Source of the DNA: a virus | Taxonomy: Duplodnaviria; Caudoviricetes | IMG/VR virus record: IMGVR_UViG_3300046787_000138 | Coordinates: 158-64,157 of that record | Direction: 5' to 3' (one strand) | Length of the DNA: 64,000 bases | Shown: positions 56,107-63,899 of the stretch, piece after piece | Layout of the letters: each line of letters starts with the position of its first letter | How positions within the stretch are numbered: the first letter of the stretch is position 1 | The notes under the pieces: generated by a model | The model's database searches: none | What the model was told of the DNA's origin: nothing | Seen by the model: only the letters and a program-made list of their open reading frames with translations | Program-made: the position numbers and the translations under genes

Positions 56107-57329
56107 TAGTCCTCCAAGTAAATTGTTTTGCCGTGGTCAGATACCGCGCTTGTGTTGCCACCACTGATGACCCACATAGTCGGCGCTGTCCACTCGTCAC
56201 CCCAGTTCGGTACGTAGCCGTCGGTCAGCACGATGACTGCCTCGGGCTTGATGTTCTCGTCACGCAGGTACTTAGACACACAGCTTGGGTCAGTACCACC
56301 ACCGCCTCGTGGCTTGGTCGAGCTAACAATGTTAAATACCTCGCTACCTTCGTACTTCTCATGCCCAGCTACATGGCCGTCCCAGTACAGCAAGTCCACG
56401 ACCTCGGGGTTCACTTCCTCAGCGATTGACTTGACCTCGGACAAGAACTCGGCAAGCTCAGGCCCACCGATAGAACCCGATGTGTCGATAGCCACAACCA
56501 AGTGACCGACCTTCTCGCCAATCATGCTGGGCATATACATACCTGTGCTGAGGAATCGGCGGTTCACACGACGCCATGAGCTTGTGTCTTTCGCAGAACA
56601 CGTAGCCTTGACGAACTCGCGCAATACTTCACGCCAGTCAATCTTGGGTGCAAGTAAGTCTTCCAGCTCTCGGTCGAGCATCCCGCCGCCCTTGCCGATG
56701 TTCTTCTGATGTGCAATCAAGCCTTGGCGAATCGCTTGGTCAATCTCACGCGCCAGCTCTTGCTTCTCCTCATCGGACAAGCCTTCGGCACCTTCCCAAT
56801 CATGTTCGTCAAACCCGTCACCGCCACCACCCCCGCCCGAGCTGTCGTCATCCTTCTGCTCCTGCTTGAGAATGTCGTACACCTGTTTGGTGTTCATGCC
56901 ACGGAATCGTTCATCGACCAAGCCCATGAAGTCACCCTTCTTCGCCTTGGGGTGCCCTGTGTCTTCTGCGTAGCGCGGCATAGCGATGACTGACTCGTTC
57001 GGGTCTAAGTCCTTGAGCATCAAGTTAATCACGTAGTCCATGGCTTGGTTGGCCAACTGCGCGTTCTCGGTGTGCAACTTAGTCCACGTTGTAAGGTGGC
57101 GGTACATTTTGTGGCCAGCCTCGTGTGCGATGACAAATGCCAGTTCCCTGTCGCTCATCTTCTTAACGAAGGCGCGGCCATACATCTCGTCGCGCCCGTT
57201 GGTACACGCAGTCGGAATGTCGTCACGCACATGGGTCTTGCCCACCATCATCACACCTTGGAGTAGTGCGAACTTGGGGTTACGCATTACTGTGATTTTT
57301 GCTTTCTGGAGCTTTCTTTCTTCGAGCAT
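56106..57329 (-). CDS. Metallopeptidase-vWA protein (DUF2201-like)
   Basis: TACTNG, HEAGH (HExxH), AMDYVIN, MIDAS DTSGS, GGGGTD, LTDGY. Confidence 0.85.
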   Translation of the reverse strand: MLEERKLQKAKITVMRNPKFALLQGVMMVGKTHVRDDIPTACTNGRDEMYGRAFVKKMSDRELAFVIAHEAGHKMYRHLTTWTKLHTENAQLANQAMDYVINLMLKDLDPNESVIAMPRYAEDTGHPKAKKGDFMGLVDERFRGMNTKQVYDILKQEQKDDDSSGGGGGGDGFDEHDWEGAEGLSDEEKQELAREIDQAIRQGLIAHQKNIGKGGGMLDRELEDLLAPKIDWREVLREFVKATCSAKDTSSWRRVNRRFLSTGMYMPSMIGEKVGHLVVAIDTSGSIGGPELAEFLSEVKSIAEEVNPEVVDLLYWDGHVAGHEKYEGSEVFNIVSSTKPRGGGGTDPSCVSKYLRDENIKPEAVIVLTDGYVPNWGDEWTAPTMWVISGGNTSAVSDHGKTIYLED

Positions 57330-57370
57330 TTCATTTCTCCTGTTGGTTGCCTAACATTGTTAGGGCTTGG

Positions 57371-57736
57371 TTAAAAATCTGAATCAATATTTCTAGACAC
57401 ACGCAACTGATAGTCGGCATGGTCTGAATGGGTTTCTTCCACGTCGTCACTATCCTCACCAACACGCACGAACTCGTACGCCCATTGGATTTCCTCCTGC
57501 TCTGCTAACTCTAGGTAGTTAGACACGAACCTGTTGAACGCCTTTACTTCAGGCCAGTCGGGGTACCACTTCACATCGTTGTCCTCGAACATGAACCCCA
57601 TGTAGTACCCGTTGTCTATTGGCCGCAAACAACCCGCCAAATCCTCGGGAAAGTTTTCTGTCACGTACAGCTTCAGTGCTGGCGCTCTATCCTCGGTGGT
57701 GTAGAACACCGCCTTTATGTCACTTCGATAGCCCAT
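57371..57736 (-). CDS. Hypothetical phage protein
   Basis: MGYRSD...VKWY...FVRVGED. Confidence 0.75.
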   Translation of the reverse strand: MGYRSDIKAVFYTTEDRAPALKLYVTENFPEDLAGCLRPIDNGYYMGFMFEDNDVKWYPDWPEVKAFNRFVSNYLELAEQEEIQWAYEFVRVGEDSDDVEETHSDHADYQLRVSRNIDSDF

Positions 57737-57953
57737 CGTCTTCCTCCTCGATTGAATTCAATAACTTACAAATTGCCTCGGCCTTGTCAATCGTCTCGTA
57801 TGTACCCATACTGATGTTGTCGAACTTGCGCCTGTCGCACACCTCCCATGCAGTCAGTAGCAAGCCCCCCTTACCGTCATGCTCAGTTACCCACCTAGTG
57901 AAGTACCGATGCAGGTACCCCTTCTTGTTTGTCGCTGAGTTCATGGCGCCCAA
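57720..57953 (-). CDS. Small early protein
   Basis: In operon. Confidence 0.6.
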   Translation of the reverse strand: MGAMNSATNKKGYLHRYFTRWVTEHDGKGGLLLTAWEVCDRRKFDNISMGTYETIDKAEAICKLLNSIEEEDDGLSK

Positions 57954-58267
57954 CCCATGTTCACCACTCGTATCTTCGCCTTGTACTCAGGCTCGGCCTC
58001 GCTAATCAACATGAGTAACGCCGCCTTCATTTGGTCAGGGTCGCTAGTCTCAAGCAATATCTCACGCTTCCTGTCGTCCTTCTCCGATACCCATCGAATC
58101 AATGTGCATCGGTACTGTGGGTACTCACCGCTGTTAAACATTCGAGCCTCAAACGTAACTTGGTAGTTAAACACCATTCTGTGTAGGTACTGAAACATAT
58201 CCCGAACCTCATCCCACTCGGCAGATATGTCATCCCACCGCCTCTTGTCTACTTGTGCATATAACAT
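57941..58267 (-). CDS. Hypothetical early protein
   Basis: Start codon lies within palindrome copy 58261-58273. Confidence 0.65.
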   Translation of the reverse strand: MLYAQVDKRRWDDISAEWDEVRDMFQYLHRMVFNYQVTFEARMFNSGEYPQYRCTLIRWVSEKDDRKREILLETSDPDQMKAALLMLISEAEPEYKAKIRVVNMGWAP

Positions 58268-58269
58268 TG

Positions 58270-58473
58270 TTAGTCCTCAAGTATGAGTTTCAGGTAGTTG
58301 TCCACTAGCTCCACGTCCTCGGATTCAAACGACACCTTGTTGTCGTGATAGATAATCACAGCATCGTTGAACACTCCGACGTGGTAGCCCAGCTTGTTGA
58401 GACGGGGGTTAGATTCTTTGCTCACGATTAACCACCCGTCATCTCTCCAAATGTGCTTACCTTTTTGTATCAC
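58270..58473 (-). CDS. Small early protein
   Basis: GTGA overlap with AAA gene; stop within palindrome. Confidence 0.6.
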   Translation of the reverse strand: MIQKGKHIWRDDGWLIVSKESNPRLNKLGYHVGVFNDAVIIYHDNKVSFESEDVELVDNYLKLILED

Positions 58474-59540
58474 AATAAATCTTGGTTTTTTGCAACCCAG
58501 TCGGCGAACGCCTTTGCGCCGAACGCGATGGACTGCTTGCTTGGTGTCTTAGCAATGTTGATAGCGAACACGGCTTGCCACTCGGCATCGAAGCGTTCCA
58601 AGTACTCCATGAATGGGGCGATGTTGGTCTTGTCGATACGAGCGATTGCACCGAAGATAACGATGGCACACGCGCCGGGACTTGTCGGTACTTTCGTATG
58701 CTTAGGGTCTTTGATGGTGTCTTCCCATGATGGGAGTTGGTCAGAGAACTCAATGTATGCCTGCATATCACGAGCCGCCGCTTCACCGATAGCACCACTG
58801 AGCGCCGCGATAACCGAGTCAGAGTCATTCTGCTTGCGGGTACTAACAATGTTAGATGCCGTTGCCAGTGAACGAGGAGACACGAACGCAACCTGTGGCT
58901 TCTTGGGGTTGAAGATGTACGGGTTGTCGCCTTGCCCTGCGTCGGTATAGCTAGCCATAGCGTGAGGGAATCGGTTGACCCATGCCAACACCTCGGGTGC
59001 GATGTTGTTGTTCATACCCCAATCAATCCATTCCTCAGATGTTGGCTTGGCAATAGTCACGGGCACGATACGGTTCATGCTGTGCGCCTTGATGCTGTCG
59101 CCCACACCGTCAGTAGACAAGTTACCTGTCAGGAAACAGATTGTGTCCTTGGGCAATGGGATGTCACCGAGTCGTGGGTTTGCCTTCTCAAGCATGGGGT
59201 GGAGCATATTCTTCACGGGGTCGGCGCCTTTGCTGAACTCGTCGAGCATGATGACCATTGGCTTGCCTGTATGAATACCGAACCGAGCGTTGGGGTAGTA
59301 GCGGGTCGTCTTCGTATCGTGGTCAATCACGGGCATCGCAATGTCACCCAAGTCCATGTTCGGCACGTCAATGTAGGCGTAGTCGTAGCCTAGTGGTGCG
59401 GCGATTGCTTCTAGCAGAGAACTCTTACCAATTCCTGGCTCGCCACGTAGCATGAAGCGTGTGGTTGGGTTGGTGCGAATCAGGTTCGCGGCTTGCTTCA
59501 ATGTGATGGTCTTACCAAATTTAACTTCTGACATTTTCAT
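58470..59540 (-). CDS. MoxR-like AAA+ ATPase
   Basis: Walker A GEPGIGKS, Walker B MLDE, TGN sensor, NR finger, SPRS. Confidence 0.88.
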   Translation of the reverse strand: MKMSEVKFGKTITLKQAANLIRTNPTTRFMLRGEPGIGKSSLLEAIAAPLGYDYAYIDVPNMDLGDIAMPVIDHDTKTTRYYPNARFGIHTGKPMVIMLDEFSKGADPVKNMLHPMLEKANPRLGDIPLPKDTICFLTGNLSTDGVGDSIKAHSMNRIVPVTIAKPTSEEWIDWGMNNNIAPEVLAWVNRFPHAMASYTDAGQGDNPYIFNPKKPQVAFVSPRSLATASNIVSTRKQNDSDSVIAALSGAIGEAAARDMQAYIEFSDQLPSWEDTIKDPKHTKVPTSPGACAIVIFGAIARIDKTNIAPFMEYLERFDAEWQAVFAINIAKTPSKQSIAFGAKAFADWVAKNQDLL

Positions 59541-59620
59541 TTCCTTCGTTTGTTTTCTAACATTTGTTAGAGGGTTTCACTTGCTTCAACTTACGGGCGG
59601 TATTTATCCACCAAGACTTA

Positions 59621-59649
59621 ATTGTACCACAAAAACTAGACTTTGTCAA
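59621..59649 (-). promoter_or_regulatory. Near-consensus sigma70 promoter
   Basis: TTGACA-17 bp-TACAAT with TGn. Confidence 0.85.
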
Positions 59650-59698
59650 GTTTCTAGGCGTGTTCATGGGCGTAGTTCCCACTGGCTTCTAACATTTG

Positions 59699-59887
59699 TT
59701 AGAGCCCATGCTTCTTTTTAAACGCATCGAACTGCGAGAAGATTCCCTCTCGCTCCTCGGGGTGCATGAACAACACCTTGAGCATCATGCCCAAGCCATC
59801 CTTCTCTGCCTTCCACTTAAAGGCTAGCACCGTAGCACCCACAGCCCATCCAAGCAGGAAACACTCTGCGTCACTCAATCCAAACAT
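59699..59887 (-). CDS. Small membrane-anchored protein
   Basis: Hydrophobic N-terminus; stop within palindrome. Confidence 0.6.
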   Translation of the reverse strand: MFGLSDAECFLLGWAVGATVLAFKWKAEKDGLGMMLKVLFMHPEEREGIFSQFDAFKKKHGL

Positions 59888-60069
59888 ATCAATTCCCCCT
59901 TACCTTTCTAACTTCAATACAACGTGCATCATCTATACGCCTAGCACCAAGCAAAATACTCTGAATCCGAACGCACTCCTCTTTGGTCGCTATGTTGTCG
60001 ATAACGGCTGGCCCTCCGTTGTGGCTACTCCCCGCCATATAAAACACCAATACCCATACATACTGCATA

Positions 60070-61092
60070 TCAATCCTCCTCAGTCATTACATAGTCGGCA
60101 TACTTGTGTGTCGGCACTTTGCCCTCGGGCAACTCCACTCGCTTGTATACCTTGTCGCTGAACATGGTGAACAGAATCTTGTCCAACACCTTCTCGAATT
60201 GGTCTGTGCCCAGCGTTACCTGTGACTCCATGTTGTCGCGCCAATACAAGCTCTGCTCCTGCACCACCAGAATGTTGTAGGCAATCCAATAGTTTTGGTG
60301 GCGTGCGTTGTCATCTTGGTCATTCCGTACTAGGTCGAAGAACTCAGCGGTTGCCTGTCGGTAGTTCGCCCACGCCTCTGCTTTGTCCTCGGCTCGGTAG
60401 TACTTGGGCTTGTGGCTAATCTTCCACTTGTCCACATCGGGTCGGCATCCGTTATTTACGTCCTGCACTTTGCCGAATACCTCAATCAATTCCCCATACG
60501 TTGTTTTGACTAGGTCGAATCGGCGCTCGTAGTGTGTGCCTTCGTTTACCACTCGCTCCTCAGCCTTGAGTTTGATGACACCCGCCAAGTAATCACGGAA
60601 ATTGCTCACCGTTTTCCTGACGTCATTCGCTCCCTTACGGCTAACACGATAGTCACAGAGGACTTGCTTCTCCTTGGGAATCCACCCGCCGCTTGTGTTT
60701 CGCACCAAGACCAGTTCCCCCTGCGCTGGCATCATCGCCTTCGCATCTGTGCCCGAGAAGCCCAGCACCACCTGACCCTTGACTCGGTACGCACCCACGC
60801 CGCCCAGCACTCGGCTAATGAACTGACACGTTGACGCGCTCGGCCAGTTGTCTATGCGGATGATGACCTCATCCTCTGTCGTGAACTTAACCACGGGCGT
60901 TTGGTACAACACACACTCGATTGCGTCTGTCCATACGTTCTTACGGATAGAGTATGTGTCCACATCACGGCGCTCACCTAGTGGTCGCTTGTCCACATCC
61001 CTGCCCTTGATGGGCTTGCTGTTGTTCCATCGCTTCAGCGCCTCGGCGTAGTTGTTTACCTTCGGCACTCTCATTACTGTTGCGTATCCCAT
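60070..61092 (-). CDS. Hypothetical early protein (340 aa)
   Basis: GGAGG RBS; RPLGERR, LYQTPVV. Confidence 0.8.
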   Translation of the reverse strand: MGYATVMRVPKVNNYAEALKRWNNSKPIKGRDVDKRPLGERRDVDTYSIRKNVWTDAIECVLYQTPVVKFTTEDEVIIRIDNWPSASTCQFISRVLGGVGAYRVKGQVVLGFSGTDAKAMMPAQGELVLVRNTSGGWIPKEKQVLCDYRVSRKGANDVRKTVSNFRDYLAGVIKLKAEERVVNEGTHYERRFDLVKTTYGELIEVFGKVQDVNNGCRPDVDKWKISHKPKYYRAEDKAEAWANYRQATAEFFDLVRNDQDDNARHQNYWIAYNILVVQEQSLYWRDNMESQVTLGTDQFEKVLDKILFTMFSDKVYKRVELPEGKVPTHKYADYVMTEED

Positions 61093-61166
61093 AACTCACC
61101 TCCAAAAATAAAAAACAACGGCGTACAAAATTGCAACCGCCCCAATTACTGCAAAACCATCATCCA

Positions 61167-61361
61167 TCACACACTCTCCAATGCAACTGTTGCTCGGTCA
61201 CGTAACTGCATCATCAGCCCTTGTGGGTTGCGCCCTAGCTTCTCTGCTAGTTGGTATATTGCATTACGCTTGGCGTTGTTGATGCTTGTGGTCGTGGTGT
61301 AGAACGTCAGGATTTCCCCTGCGTTGTTGACTGTCACTTTGAACTTGTGTTTTTCTAACAT
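61167..61361 (-). CDS. Small early protein
   Basis: Start codon in palindrome 61355-61367. Confidence 0.6.
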   Translation of the reverse strand: MLEKHKFKVTVNNAGEILTFYTTTTSINNAKRNAIYQLAEKLGRNPQGLMMQLRDRATVALESV

Positions 61362-61363
61362 TG

Positions 61364-61588
61364 TTAGGTCTCTCTCATTAAGTTAATCATCTTCTGTGCT
61401 ACCTCATACGTCAGCCCACGTTGCAACACCACGGCGGTGCCTACTCCGTCACGCTGTACCCGTTCGTCCCACTCGGCTTCCTCCATCGCATAGTGCTCGT
61501 TGGGTATGCGCTTGTGGTAGCTGTAAACCGACCCTTGATAGACCAGCCACTTCCCCTGTTTGTCAATCGTCTGTCTCGGCATCTTCAC
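61364..61588 (-). CDS. Small early protein
   Basis: GGAGG RBS, GTG start; stop in palindrome. Confidence 0.6.
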   Translation of the reverse strand: MKMPRQTIDKQGKWLVYQGSVYSYHKRIPNEHYAMEEAEWDERVQRDGVGTAVVLQRGLTYEVAQKMINLMRET

Positions 61589-61743
61589 GCCTCCTCAATG
61601 TTTGTTACGTTTGACTCAGCAAGCCCGTAGTCGTCGGGTTGCCACTTCTGCCATGCCAATACCTGCGCTTGCTCATCGTTGTCGGCTTCCACCTCCACGA
61701 TGGTTGTCTCCACTCGCTCAATCGTTACTCGATACGTCTTCAT
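61585..61743 (-). CDS. Small protein (MKTYRVTI...EVEADN..QA, DpnD/PcfM-like pattern)
   Basis: ATGA overlap; beta-beta-alpha pattern. Confidence 0.6.
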   Translation of the reverse strand: MKTYRVTIERVETTIVEVEADNDEQAQVLAWQKWQPDDYGLAESNVTNIEEA

Positions 61744-61934
61744 ACCTTGCTCCCTCGCACGAACGACCTCAGCTTCACCATGTGTATCGTGGCTTGGGCA
61801 TACCTGCGGCACAAGTCGGCGTAGTCGGCATCCTCCATCTCGTTGGCTGTCACCCGCTTGAACGCCTCGGTCATCTCCCTGTACGCCGCCTCCATGTTGA
61901 GGTACTCGGTTACTTGCTCTGCGTTAAATTTCAT
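61740..61934 (-). CDS. Small early protein
   Basis: GAGGGG RBS, ATG 61934. Confidence 0.6.
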   Translation of the reverse strand: MKFNAEQVTEYLNMEAAYREMTEAFKRVTANEMEDADYADLCRRYAQATIHMVKLRSFVRGSKV

Positions 61935-61938
61935 GGTT

Positions 61939-62169
61939 TTATCCCCTCTGTTGCTTTTGGTTAGTGTTGAGTAGTGTTGCCCGTGCTGACGTAGGTGTAA
62001 CGTATTGATAGTTACCTTTGCCGTATTCCATAACAACACACCACGATGCACGTTCCTCTCGGGCTAGTGCCTCGCCGCATCCCTTACATACTCGGTAGCC
62101 CAGTGCCCAGCGCTCGATGTGAACGTCATCACCGCACGACTCGCAGTCTCTCCATTCGGTTTCTAACAT
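61939..62169 (-). CDS. C4 zinc-finger protein (DksA/TraR-type finger spacing)
   Basis: CESCG...ER....Y..CKGC; AAGGAG RBS. Confidence 0.65.
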   Translation of the reverse strand: MLETEWRDCESCGDDVHIERWALGYRVCKGCGEALAREERASWCVVMEYGKGNYQYVTPTSARATLLNTNQKQQRG

Positions 62170-62187
62170 TTGTTACTCCTTTGCGTC

Positions 62188-62397
62188 TTAATACTCTTGA
62201 CCTAATGCTTCCATGTACTGCTCAAGCACGTTGGTGCACTCGAAGTAGTCGCTGTCTCGGCACAACTGCTCGGCATCGTGGTCTTGCACGAAGAACGACT
62301 GCCCTGTTTTTTGGCAGGTGATGTTGTACGCCCACCCATTGCCGAGGGACTCGACGTGGTATCGGTTGTCTGGTGTTACGAAAGAAATGGCAATCAT
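62188..62397 (-). CDS. Small early protein
   Basis: GAGGAG RBS; SLGNGWAY. Confidence 0.65.
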   Translation of the reverse strand: MIAISFVTPDNRYHVESLGNGWAYNITCQKTGQSFFVQDHDAEQLCRDSDYFECTNVLEQYMEALGQEY

Positions 62398-62512
62398 TCT
62401 TCTTCTCCTCAATAAATTTCACTAATCCAAGCCAAGAAAATCAGCATACAAGTGCCAGTCGATGCGTTGTCGCCCAGTGAGTTGAGCCACGCAAAGAAAA
62501 TAATCCATGCAG

Positions 62513-62689
62513 TCATTCGTCTTCTCCTTCTACGTAGTTGAGGGTTTCCGTCAGGGTGTGGCCGAGCAGTAAGCCGCCGAACACAAGGGCGAAGTTGCCC
62601 ATTGGTGCGTCATAGCCCCATGCCAAGAAGATGATTGCCGCAGATATGAAGGTCTGTGCGATTGTTAGTAGTGCAGTTGTCGGTGTCAT
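62513..62689 (-). CDS. Small membrane protein
   Basis: AAGGA RBS; two hydrophobic segments. Confidence 0.6.
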   Translation of the reverse strand: MTPTTALLTIAQTFISAAIIFLAWGYDAPMGNFALVFGGLLLGHTLTETLNYVEGEDE

Positions 62690-62769
62690 TTTGTATTCCT
62701 TTGTTGTGCCTAACATTGTTAGGTCGGTTGGTTTGTCTGAGGTACTTTGTTTTTTGTTCCTCAGCCTAT

Positions 62770-62798
62770 ATTGTATCACATTGTTATATGTAAGTCAA
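62770..62798 (-). promoter_or_regulatory. Sigma70 promoter heading early operon
   Basis: TTGACT-17 bp-TACAAT with TGn. Confidence 0.85.
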
Positions 62799-62825
62799 GG
62801 GCTTTACTCTACCCACAGAGCAAAG

Positions 62826-62849
62826 AAAAAGGGAGCCGTTGGGCTCCCT
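62826..62849 (-). terminator. Terminator after RHH gene
   Basis: AGGGAGCC-loop-GGCTCCCT then T-tract on - strand. Confidence 0.8.
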
Positions 62850-62853
62850 ATGT

Positions 62854-63300
62854 TTAGTTATCTAACCCTCCATCAGCGTTCCATTTCTTGTTGGGTCTAC
62901 GCTTGTACTCATAGTCTCGCCAACCATCAAGCGCGGCAACGGGGTCGCCTGTTCCACTATCCTTTGTGTATTCGTAAATAGCTCTACGGATGATTGACGC
63001 AACGGATTGGCACTGCTCCTCTGCATGGGCTTGGAGCGCGGCGCGTACTTCTTTGTCGGGGATGCGGATAGATATGCTCACCCCTCGGGTTAGTTCCCGT
63101 CGGTGTTGCGCAACTGCATGGGCCGACACGTTGCACGTTGGCTCGGTAATCGGGTTCTTCATAAACGCTACAACTGCGGCGTAGGCAACGGCGGCGCGTG
63201 AACTATTTGTGGCCTCGGCGTGCATTTGCATTTGAGCCAGCGTTGCGGGTGTTGTGGTCAAGGTGTGCATATCGGACAGATAGGCTTTGCGGTTTGTCAT
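62854..63300 (-). CDS. Ribbon-helix-helix (CopG/Arc-like) DNA-binding protein
   Basis: VSISIRIPDKEVRAALQAHAEEQCQSVASIIRRAI; ATG 63300 with AAGGG RBS. Confidence 0.7.
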   Translation of the reverse strand: MTNRKAYLSDMHTLTTTPATLAQMQMHAEATNSSRAAVAYAAVVAFMKNPITEPTCNVSAHAVAQHRRELTRGVSISIRIPDKEVRAALQAHAEEQCQSVASIIRRAIYEYTKDSGTGDPVAALDGWRDYEYKRRPNKKWNADGGLDN

Positions 63301-63445
63301 AGAATACCCTTTGTAAAATAACATACAAGAGTATATCACAAGGTGGCCTAACAATGTTAGGGTCTGTTACGAAATGTATGTTCGCCATGTTACGGCGGGA
63401 AACCAAACGTAACACGAAAACGTAACGCGGAAACCCAATAGAATC

Positions 63446-63615
63446 GCGGTGTTCCGTTGTATGTATTAGAAGTTATAGAATTTAAGAAAGAGAGAGAGCC
63501 GGGTTTAAAAGCTGTGTGGTACGAATTGCGCTTGCTGAGAAGGTCTTTGTCTCAGGTTTGCCCACACTCAATTTTGAAAAAGGCGTAACTTCCGATACAT
63601 ACAACGGAAACCCGC
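63446..63615. repeat. Imperfect 31-bp inverted repeat in non-coding region
   Basis: 63446-63476 vs 63585-63615, 26/31 complementary incl. 15-bp perfect core TTCCGTTGTATGTAT. Confidence 0.85.
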
Positions 63616-63705
63616 ATAAACCTTAGATTGTTACGTTACGTTTGTCTTTTTCGGAAACGTAACACGTTCACAAAGGCCGTAACATTGTTAGGTCGCGACT
63701 CCCTT

Positions 63706-63781
63706 TCGGAGAACTGGTATTGCATTGTTACGTTTCACCCCACCGACTCGTTCGCGGCTACCCCTCGGAGAACTGGTATTG
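63706..63781. repeat. 17-bp direct repeat TCGGAGAACTGGTATTG
   Basis: 63706-63722 and 63765-63781. Confidence 0.9.
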
Positions 63782-63845
63782 AAGAAGGAGGACAAACGTA
63801 ACAAAGCCCTAACAATGTTAGGGCTCGCAGAGAAAGTACAGACGC

Positions 63846-63871
63846 AAAAAAGCCCCCGATTTCTCGGGGGC
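63846..63871 (-). terminator. Rho-independent terminator
   Basis: GCCCCCGA-GAAA-TCGGGGGC-TTTTTT on - strand. Confidence 0.9.
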
Positions 63872-63899
63872 CAAGGCTAACAATGTTAGCCTAGGGTAA

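Larger units (their letters stand above)
48952..63892. repeat. Dispersed palindrome family CTAACA(W/TT)TGTTAG, 19 copies in this span
   Basis: Starts at 48955, 51006, 52494, 53727, 54071, 55164, 56323, 57351, 58261, 58843, 59557, 59689, 61355, 62163, 62710, 63348, 63679, 63809, 63877. Confidence 0.93.

Noticed and set aside
48952-63892. Palindrome series as a CRISPR array or integron attC array
   Set aside because: Repeats are only 13-21 bp, spaced irregularly from about 70 bp to 2 kb, and several lie inside genes. I saw no cas genes, tyrosine recombinase or attC-length stems.
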